Assembly (NCBI GenBank): GCA_051747585.1
Contig: JBNJGH010000042.1
Coordinates: forward strand, 1-25,453
Reading direction: 5' to 3'
Length of the DNA: 25,453 nucleotides
Source of the DNA: Candidatus Rifleibacteriota bacterium
GTDB lineage: Bacteria > Muiribacteriota > Ozemobacteria > Ozemobacterales > Ozemobacteraceae
Below the pieces are notes generated by a model. That model was not told where the DNA came from and did not search any database. It worked only from the letters and a program-made list of their open reading frames with translations. Below, in pieces: positions 17,282 through 24,317 of the stretch; the first letter of the stretch is position 1, and every line of letters starts with the position of its first letter. A program made the translations under genes and the position numbers.

Positions 17282-17362
17282 GAATTTGCTTCACGAACAC
17301 CCTTTAGAGGTGTAACCTTTTCGCTATGTCGCTGAAGGTGAGGACTTAATCCTGCTTGCTGT
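17245..17362 (-). ncRNA. L20 ribosomal protein leader-like cis-regulatory RNA with attenuator
   Basis: Directly upstream of infC-rpmI-rplT; GCAAGCA-GGAU-UAA-GUCC-U-CACCU...AGGU arrangement resembles the Firmicute L20 leader, followed by an intrinsic terminator. Confidence 0.75.
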
Positions 17363-17368
17363 CCAAAG

Positions 17369-17397
17369 ATGGTAACAATAGTTTTAAAAAAAGTCAA
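17369..17397 (-). promoter_or_regulatory. Sigma70-type promoter of the infC operon
   Basis: Minus strand TTGACT (17397-17392) - 17 nt - TACCAT (17374-17369) with a TGn extended -10. Confidence 0.8.
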
Positions 17398-17431
17398 GAA
17401 TTTAATTTTACGGCAGAATGCCGGCTACTGG

Positions 17432-19630
17432 TTATTCAGAAGAGTCGGCATTCAGGGCGACTTCATTGTGGGCATCCGAGTTTTTACCAAACATATACAA
17501 AATAGCAAACAGAATAATCATGGATACGGGAAGTAAAAACATTGGCGAGAATCCCAGGCCTGCAGGTATGTAACATATCAGTATCGCAATAAGGCCTACC
17601 AACAGGGCATAGGGAGCTTGAGTTTTGACATGATCTATATGGTCAGAACCGGAAGCCATTGATGACATAATGGTTGTGTCGGAAATGGGACTGCAATGAT
17701 CTCCAAATATTGATCCTTCCAGAACTGCACCTATTGAAACAAGAATCATGCTCTTAAGGTATACCATCATTTCCGGGGCATCGGGAGTCATGGCGATAAC
17801 TTCATTATAATGTTGCATATTGAGATGGTAGGAAAGGGGAATGGATATTGGCAATAGAATGGCCATGGTTCCCCAGCTTGTACCGGTAGAAAATGAAATG
17901 AAACAGGCCAGAATAAAAATAATCGATGGCAATAACCAGTAGGGTATTACGTCGGTAACCATCTCAACTATATATCTGGCGGTATGAAGTTCTGTACATA
18001 TCCCGTTGATTGTCCAGGCAAGAAGCATTATGCAGATCGCCATTACAAGCATTCTCACGCCGTCTACCCATGCCTTGGCACCTTCGTCGAAGGCAATAAG
18101 TCCCTGAACTTTGCCAAGGAGAATTGCGATGATCGAGCCGATAATGCTGACCCAGATTAAAACACGGGTTGAGTCTGCGCCACCAAAGGCTATTCTTACT
18201 TTTTCACTGGTGCTCATGCTGCTTTCACTCAACTCTGCATAAATGACGGAGCCATTTTGAAGACTTTCAACCGCATCGACTGAGGCTTGTTGATCATTGT
18301 CAGATAGCATATTGGCAGTTTCTTCGTTATAGCGAATTTTAATGTAACCAGCTTCCTCACCTGAGCAGGTTAGAATCTTTGTTTGCGGTGAAACGCCTGT
18401 AACCTCAAATTTTTTGAAGGCTTCATCCTTCGAGTCACTGATGGATTTAAGGTCGTAATGGGGAGCAAACATACCACCGTCTCCAAGTAGACCGATAAAG
18501 GTGCCAAAAAGAACTATGGCAATTGGAATAGCAGCGTTATACCAGCGTTTTGGCATTGATTCGGGCAACTCGGGGGCTGAAGCTTCAGGTGAACTTATGG
18601 GGTTCGCATCGTCTGCAAGAACCTTTCCTTCAGTACCTGCACGTTTCTCTGCGGTAAACATCGGGCCAAAATCTTTGCGGCTCAAGGCTATCATCAGCCC
18701 AAAAAACAAAGCAAGAATGCAGTAAAACCTGAATGGAATAGTTTGCAGAAAAACAGAATAAAAATTTGTTTCCGGTATTCCCAGGGCTATGTAAGCTTCC
18801 CTTATCAGGCCAATTTCATAGCCGATCCAGGTCGATAATACCGCGACTCCTGCTACAGGGGCGGCAGTTGAATCTACAAGATAGCTGAGTTTCTCGCGGG
18901 AAATTCGGTTTGAATCTGTTACCGGTCGCATCGAGTTGCCAACGATTAGAGTATTGGCATAGTCATCAAAGAAAATAAGAATACCCATGAGCCAGGTTGC
19001 TAATTGTGCACTGCGTGGACCTCGCACTAAACCGGAGATAATATTTACTATGCCCTGCATGCCTCCAGTACGATTTATTACGCCGACCATACCGCCAAGC
19101 GCACAGGAAAAGAGTACAATAGATGCGTGGCCAGGGTCTGCCAGCGCTTCAAGTAAGAAGCGGTCAAGCGATCGCAAAAAAGCGATAAATGGATTAAAAT
19201 CATAAATAAGGAAGGCTCCGAACCAGATTCCTACAAATAATGAACTTATGACTTCCTTGGTTATAAGCGCCAGTATAATGGCTATCAATGGTGGAAGAAC
19301 AGAAAGCCAGCCCTTGATTACTCTTAACTTGGCTTCTGCTTTATTATTACCAATTTCAATCTCAATTTTGTTGTTTCCCGAATTGTTAAAAACTACGGGC
19401 AGGTGTTGAATTTCCTTTTCCAGGGCTACTCCTGATAAAGCGGTTTCGCCGTTGATTTTGACTTTGTAAAGCTCAGGAGAATCATTTTCCAGATTTAAAC
19501 CTTTAACAATGAGATCGGTTTCGATCCCTGTAAGCGTGAAAGAGGGAACATCTATAGATATTTTTGCGCTGAGGTTAATAGTAGTTAGTAAAAATAAAAT
19601 TACAAAAAACAGGGACTTTTTATTTCTCAT
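17432..19630 (-). CDS. NhaC-family (Na+/H+ antiporter-like) membrane transporter with extra soluble domains
   Basis: WLSVLPPLIAIILA, IFFDDYANTLIVG, ISREKLSYLVDSTAAP, STWIGYE, FSTGTSWGTMAILLP, FGDHCSPISDTTIMSS, HIDHVKTQAPYA. Confidence 0.92.
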   Translation of the reverse strand: MRNKKSLFFVILFLLTTINLSAKISIDVPSFTLTGIETDLIVKGLNLENDSPELYKVKINGETALSGVALEKEIQHLPVVFNNSGNNKIEIEIGNNKAEAKLRVIKGWLSVLPPLIAIILALITKEVISSLFVGIWFGAFLIYDFNPFIAFLRSLDRFLLEALADPGHASIVLFSCALGGMVGVINRTGGMQGIVNIISGLVRGPRSAQLATWLMGILIFFDDYANTLIVGNSMRPVTDSNRISREKLSYLVDSTAAPVAGVAVLSTWIGYEIGLIREAYIALGIPETNFYSVFLQTIPFRFYCILALFFGLMIALSRKDFGPMFTAEKRAGTEGKVLADDANPISSPEASAPELPESMPKRWYNAAIPIAIVLFGTFIGLLGDGGMFAPHYDLKSISDSKDEAFKKFEVTGVSPQTKILTCSGEEAGYIKIRYNEETANMLSDNDQQASVDAVESLQNGSVIYAELSESSMSTSEKVRIAFGGADSTRVLIWVSIIGSIIAILLGKVQGLIAFDEGAKAWVDGVRMLVMAICIMLLAWTINGICTELHTARYIVEMVTDVIPYWLLPSIIFILACFISFSTGTSWGTMAILLPISIPLSYHLNMQHYNEVIAMTPDAPEMMVYLKSMILVSIGAVLEGSIFGDHCSPISDTTIMSSMASGSDHIDHVKTQAPYALLVGLIAILICYIPAGLGFSPMFLLPVSMIILFAILYMFGKNSDAHNEVALNADSSE

Positions 19631-19684
19631 AGACTTATTGCCGCAAGGTCCTTCCTTATAATTAATTGTAAACTTTTATTGATA

Positions 19685-20323
19685 TTAATAATCATCGGGT
19701 GTAATACGTTGGCGCCAGTTTTTGCTCGTTTTAGCGTTTTCGGCTTCTTTAACCAGAATTATAGCAGACTGAGGATATTCTATTTTACCGGAAAATCCTT
19801 TTAAAGACTTTTCTATGACAATATCTATCTGAATTTTACCGTCATAGTTTTCGCTGACTTCAAATGACTTAACACTGCGTGATAAAATTCTTTCTTTTTC
19901 GCCTTTTCGTGTGAATTCGGTTCCGCTTCGGACATATTCTACATCTTTGTAAATAAGGTCTTCAGAGACTGAAGTGTCGTCGAACATTGTTATAGTTTCT
20001 TCGCCTTCGGGAAAATCCTGTGCTACTTCAAGACTGAGGGTATCATCTGCAAAATCAAGCGTTTTAACAACCTCATAAGCGTTTGAACCGGCAGAATTTT
20101 CAATTTTGGCCCGGGAATTCGCTATGTCGCGTTTAAGATGTCTGATTATAATCTCTGCTTCCTGCTTAGCCAAGCCTCGAGCGCTGGCAGTAGCGGCTAC
20201 AAAATTGGCTTGAGACATCATATAATAAATGGCTATGCCAATAAGTCCGGCAATAAAGATGCCCACCAGCATCTCAATTATGGTTACAGCCTTTTTGCCG
20301 TTTTTAAAGCCAAATTGCATCAT
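19685..20323 (-). CDS. Type IV prepilin-like protein (PilW/GspJ-like minor pilin)
   Basis: Basic leader KNGKKA|VTIIEMLVGIFIAGLIGIAIYYM with E+5; AEIIIRHLKRDI resembles the PilW/GspJ helix; ATGA overlap with the upstream gene. Confidence 0.8.
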   Translation of the reverse strand: MMQFGFKNGKKAVTIIEMLVGIFIAGLIGIAIYYMMSQANFVAATASARGLAKQEAEIIIRHLKRDIANSRAKIENSAGSNAYEVVKTLDFADDTLSLEVAQDFPEGEETITMFDDTSVSEDLIYKDVEYVRSGTEFTRKGEKERILSRSVKSFEVSENYDGKIQIDIVIEKSLKGFSGKIEYPQSAIILVKEAENAKTSKNWRQRITPDDY

Positions 20324-20763
20324 TTTTGAACCTTGATAAAAAAGATTTTTTCCGGTTTGTCTCTTTTTTCTCCGTCGTTTTTAGTCCAGTTAACTTCCGC
20401 TTTAAATTCCATAGTGGGTACTGCTGCATCTTCAACTTGACGAACCTGACCGGAAAACTCAAAATCTTTATATTTTTTTTGGGCTTCCATGAGCGCATCG
20501 AAAACATTGGGAAAATCTGCCCCAATTGCTTGCCAGTCTGTGCCGGGAAATTCAGTTTCCAGGTCTTCTAAGGGCATCCCCATAATTTCATTTTTAAAAG
20601 ATTCAAGAATTCGGTTTGCTATGGCTATTTTTTCATTCTCTATTTCTTTGGATGCACCAAAACTAAGAGTTCTGTAAATAGGAATGGCTGCAAGAGCTAA
20701 CAACAGCACAGCAACCATAATTTCTATAAGAGAAAATCCCGCAATAATTTTATAATTTTTCAT
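20320..20763 (-). CDS. Type IV prepilin-like protein (PilV/GspI-like minor pilin)
   Basis: Start moved to ATG 20763: MKNYKIIAG|FSLIEIMVAVLLLALAAIP is a canonical class III signal peptide; AEVNW C-terminal strand; 147 aa. Confidence 0.85.
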   Translation of the reverse strand: MKNYKIIAGFSLIEIMVAVLLLALAAIPIYRTLSFGASKEIENEKIAIANRILESFKNEIMGMPLEDLETEFPGTDWQAIGADFPNVFDALMEAQKKYKDFEFSGQVRQVEDAAVPTMEFKAEVNWTKNDGEKRDKPEKIFFIKVQK

Positions 20764-23323
20764 ATTTATAGGTAGACCAGTTTTTTGCCAGCGAGACCCA
20801 ATATCTTTCGGGGGCAAATTTGCCAACATCTCTAATTAATGAAAGATAACTCGCAGTGCATTTTTTTGTATCATAAAAAATCTCTAAATTCAAAATTTGA
20901 TCGCGATCAAATTCATTTGCTACCAGATTCCCGGTTAATTTTACCATTGAGGAACTATTGCAAACTGGCGCTAAATTGCTGTAGCAAGCTGCTTCAATTT
21001 CGGAACAGCCGGAAAAATAAATTGCGCCGCCCCTGGCGATAAGCGATAAAACAGATTCATTATCTCCGTGTTTTACATCTGCATCTAAAATTATATCGTT
21101 TTTGCAGACTATTTGACCTTTACCCATAACTTTTAGCGATGATTCAACAGTCAAGGTGTCTTTTATATAAATTACTCCATTGATGTCATAGGCGTCCGTG
21201 TCATCCGGATGCCTCGGATGATTGTCTATAAAGTCCTGAGCAGTTTCATAAAAATAAGTTGATTTTTTCGCGTATTGCAACAACGAATAGCAGTTTGCAG
21301 GTAAATTATCTGTTCGTGCGGGATCCCATTCGTCGGGGTCTGAATAGGAGGTGTAATTAAGCATTCCATAGGGAAGGGTATTGATATTCTGGTAGTCGAC
21401 AAAAATTTGAGAGTTCTCGGTTACTCCATCTTCACCTTCCTCTACAGAAGCGTCATTGATCAATTCAGAATATGTGCCTATATCTCCCGATTCAAAAGCC
21501 TCGCTCATGCTGGCCAGGTTGACATCAGGTGGTGGAGAAGAGGTGTCGACCTCGTCGAGGTCTACTTCGGCACTAGGCTTTACTTTAATAAGTGCATTCG
21601 AATAGACCATATTAACGGGACCTTCCATACAAATACCAAGAGGGTATTCCATGTGGCATTTTCCATATAATAAGGAAGGCGTTTTATTTAAAGCCAGGCC
21701 ACCCTGTTTGAAAAACAATTCAACTCCCTCAAGACCTACCGGAATTATGGGATTCATATCAGGTGCAGGATCAAAAAGAACCGGAAAATCAACTTCATGA
21801 TCTCTGGTTCCCGGATCGCTTTTCCATTGAAAAACTGGAATATTCATGAATTGAGAATTATTTTTCGGAGAGGTCATTACGTTAAATTCAGTTAAATAGG
21901 GTTCATCGGGCGTGCCTACAAAAGTATGCAAATCTATTACGTCTGGGGCGTTAATTCTTATCATTCCTGGGATTCTTTGAAAATCATCTTCCGAAGAATT
22001 AAAATTGAATCCGTCTACAAAATTGAAATTGCCTTCAGGAACACTGTGAACCATGAACACTCCGCCTGCAGAGCTGTCAAAGTTTACTTTTCCCCCGGTC
22101 AATGATGATAAATCTTCATCTATTTTATCTGAGGCGGCTACAAAAAATGAATACTCAGGAGCAATGGGTTGAATGTCTGAAACTTTGAAAGGCAGTGTAG
22201 AAACAAGCTTGCGAGTAATTTTATCTTCGTGATCTTTACCATGGGGATAGTAATCGATTAGTCCGGTAATTTCAAGTATGCCACCCTTCTCAACTACTTT
22301 TGCATCAGAACCGAATCCGTCGGGTTCAACCTGTTCTTCGTCAATTTTGTCACAAAGATCATCATACTCGTCATCAATTTCATTTTTTATTCTTTGAGCC
22401 TGGTATGAAATACTGAAAACCGACGTGTCAGAATCTGGCATTGCAAAGCGTCTGATTCCAGGTATAGAAATAGGTTCCCCATCAAGGTCTATAAAGGATT
22501 CTTCTAAAATTTTATTAAAATCAAAAACTTCGCTGTAGACATTGGGCATGCTGACCGGGCTGATAACATCAACTCTTGCATGAGCGACTGCTGCAGCTAC
22601 GCGTGTGATAGTAATTCTTACTTTTACTGAAACTGTTACACTTACTCCAAAAACGGAGATATTTACATCAACAGAGAAATTTTTTATATCCTCGTCTTCA
22701 AGACTTGGTAATTTGAAATCAACCCTCCAGTCGCTTGGTGCCCAGTCAGACGAGCTCAAACTACCGTCTGTTTCAGCACTCCTGTCTATTGAATGAAGAA
22801 ATTTTGCCGATTCTCCTCTGGGTTCGTGGGCGTGGTGGGTGACTCCTACAACTTCATAGTCGTCAATATCAGAGGTAAATGCTTCTGCTTGAATGATTTT
22901 TACATTCATAGTTAAGTCTACGTTGTCTTCGCCCAGATTTTCAATTAATGATTCAAGCGGTTTTAACCCTTCGTAACCTTCATTAAGGTCAGTTATTTCT
23001 TTAAATTGAGAAACATCTATTTTTAAATTTTTTCCTTCCGAATGAGACAATTGACTGCCTTGGAAGCTGCCTGGAATCCTGAAAAAATGATAAAAATCCG
23101 AATCTTTTTGATTCATTTGATTTTTAATATAGCCGAGCATTAGATCGCTAGCCGACTCTAAAACAGCCTCAACCTTTTGTTCATTACTCATAAATCTGGT
23201 AGTAAATGAACGACTGGAATTGGTCTGGATAATAGTGAAAGAAATAATACCCAGAAGTGCTATTGCGCCGAGCACAACAATAAAAATAGAACCTGAAGAC
23301 TTTTTTGCTAACCGGTTATTCAT
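20750..23323 (-). CDS. Large PilX/GspK-like pilin-family protein (857 aa)
   Basis: MNNRLAKKSSG|SIFIVVLGAIALLGIISF lacks E+5, as in PilX/GspK; coupled to two minor pilins; C-terminal beta-rich region INGVIYI..LTV..GKGQIV..LTGNLVA..IFYD. Confidence 0.7.
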   Translation of the reverse strand: MNNRLAKKSSGSIFIVVLGAIALLGIISFTIIQTNSSRSFTTRFMSNEQKVEAVLESASDLMLGYIKNQMNQKDSDFYHFFRIPGSFQGSQLSHSEGKNLKIDVSQFKEITDLNEGYEGLKPLESLIENLGEDNVDLTMNVKIIQAEAFTSDIDDYEVVGVTHHAHEPRGESAKFLHSIDRSAETDGSLSSSDWAPSDWRVDFKLPSLEDEDIKNFSVDVNISVFGVSVTVSVKVRITITRVAAAVAHARVDVISPVSMPNVYSEVFDFNKILEESFIDLDGEPISIPGIRRFAMPDSDTSVFSISYQAQRIKNEIDDEYDDLCDKIDEEQVEPDGFGSDAKVVEKGGILEITGLIDYYPHGKDHEDKITRKLVSTLPFKVSDIQPIAPEYSFFVAASDKIDEDLSSLTGGKVNFDSSAGGVFMVHSVPEGNFNFVDGFNFNSSEDDFQRIPGMIRINAPDVIDLHTFVGTPDEPYLTEFNVMTSPKNNSQFMNIPVFQWKSDPGTRDHEVDFPVLFDPAPDMNPIIPVGLEGVELFFKQGGLALNKTPSLLYGKCHMEYPLGICMEGPVNMVYSNALIKVKPSAEVDLDEVDTSSPPPDVNLASMSEAFESGDIGTYSELINDASVEEGEDGVTENSQIFVDYQNINTLPYGMLNYTSYSDPDEWDPARTDNLPANCYSLLQYAKKSTYFYETAQDFIDNHPRHPDDTDAYDINGVIYIKDTLTVESSLKVMGKGQIVCKNDIILDADVKHGDNESVLSLIARGGAIYFSGCSEIEAACYSNLAPVCNSSSMVKLTGNLVANEFDRDQILNLEIFYDTKKCTASYLSLIRDVGKFAPERYWVSLAKNWSTYKYEKL

Positions 23324-24147
23324 TGACGAAAAAATCCTCCAAAATCATTTTTTAGCTCTTCAATTTCATTGTCAAGCTGCCTGCGAACAAGTTTGAGGCT
23401 TAGAACTACACCTTCGTTGGTTACGACTCTTTTGGCGACAAGTTTTCTATAATCGCTTTCATTGGTTGCTGCTTTATATAATTCTTCAAGTTCATTCACA
23501 TAGCGTACCGATTGATCGGATTTTTCGATTCCCAATGGTGTTAAATCATCATTTTGTACAAGCTCAGCCTGTGTCTTGGCAAATTCAATGAATAAATCGA
23601 AATTTTTAATTCTGTTAGCTGCAGATCTGAGATACAGTAAAACCATGTATTTGCTGACAGGAGTAGCTTTCGGATCTTTAAGTGATTTAAAAAGCAGCTT
23701 AATGGATTTATTGTAATTACCTTGCTCGAATTCTTCCATTCCTTCGGTGAAAGAATCAAGAGTTTTTAAACGATATTTCTCTCTGGTTCTGTTATTGAGC
23801 GATTCATTATTAACCTGTTGGAGCAGCCATTGTTCTTTTGCGTGTCTTAATTTTCTCTGGGCTTCCTGTCTATTTAGATTAATTTCTTTGATATCGTCTT
23901 TGCTGTAAGGAGACTTGCGATCATTTCTAACGCTGATTCTTGCGCTTCGAGCTCTAATTGTGCGTGGCTCAACTTTAGCTCTTTCATCTTCAATTTCGGT
24001 TATCGAGCTTAATTCAGGCGATTCTTTGCTTATTATGTTGTGCTTTTTTTCTGCAGTTTTGAAAGACAGGCTCAATACAAACAATACAACGAGTCCTAAA
24101 ATAAGCAGAGAAAAAGCAATTATTAATTTTTTTTGTGAGTCGTCCAT
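23320..24147 (-). CDS. Hypothetical membrane-anchored helical (possibly TPR-like) protein
   Basis: Single N-terminal TM (LIIAFSLLILGLVVLFVLSLSF), basic linker, FTEGMEEFEQGNYNKSIKLLFKSL TPR-like helix pair; ATGA overlap with the PilX-like gene. Confidence 0.75.
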   Translation of the reverse strand: MDDSQKKLIIAFSLLILGLVVLFVLSLSFKTAEKKHNIISKESPELSSITEIEDERAKVEPRTIRARSARISVRNDRKSPYSKDDIKEINLNRQEAQRKLRHAKEQWLLQQVNNESLNNRTREKYRLKTLDSFTEGMEEFEQGNYNKSIKLLFKSLKDPKATPVSKYMVLLYLRSAANRIKNFDLFIEFAKTQAELVQNDDLTPLGIEKSDQSVRYVNELEELYKAATNESDYRKLVAKRVVTNEGVVLSLKLVRRQLDNEIEELKNDFGGFFRQ

Positions 24148-24261
24148 TATATTACTTACGTTTGAAAATAAATTTTCGTTCTATTTTAATTATAGATTTT
24201 GAATATAAAGCATAATCACGCGATTGTCATTCTCTGTTTTTTTCTTATAAAAAAATTGGAT

Positions 24262-24297
24262 AAAAAAAGGCTCTTCTGCATTGGCAGAAGAGCCTTT
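24262..24297 (-). terminator. Rho-independent terminator after the glycine-zipper gene
   Basis: Minus strand AAAGGCTCTTCTGC-CAAT-GCAGAAGAGCC-TTTTTTT, 20 bp after the stop at 24318. Confidence 0.9.
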
Positions 24298-24317
24298 ATA
24301 GATTCAGTAATTAATTC

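Noticed and set aside
17232..17300. N-terminal extension of IF-3 in the ORF track (MFVKQIHG...)
   Set aside because: It runs through the attenuator hairpin and U tract; the real SD lies at 17238-17243.
19636..19657. Mini upstream ORF (AAGGAAGG-ACC-TTG CGG CAA TAA) before the NhaC gene
   Set aside because: Three codons, very short SD spacing, and no supporting structure; cannot be distinguished from chance.
20764..20829. N-terminal extension of the PilV-like ORF
   Set aside because: It lies inside the PilX-like gene; ATG 20763 gives a canonical short prepilin leader.
19685..24147. Diversity-generating retroelement or shufflon acting on the pilin cassette
   Set aside because: No reverse transcriptase, recombinase, template/variable repeat pair or inverted recombination sites were noticed in the window; a self-dotplot would confirm.
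761..24202. Numerous 60-130 aa ORFs nested in or antisense to the long genes
   Set aside because: They overlap well-supported conserved genes, mostly as antisense codon shadows, and have no recognisable domains.
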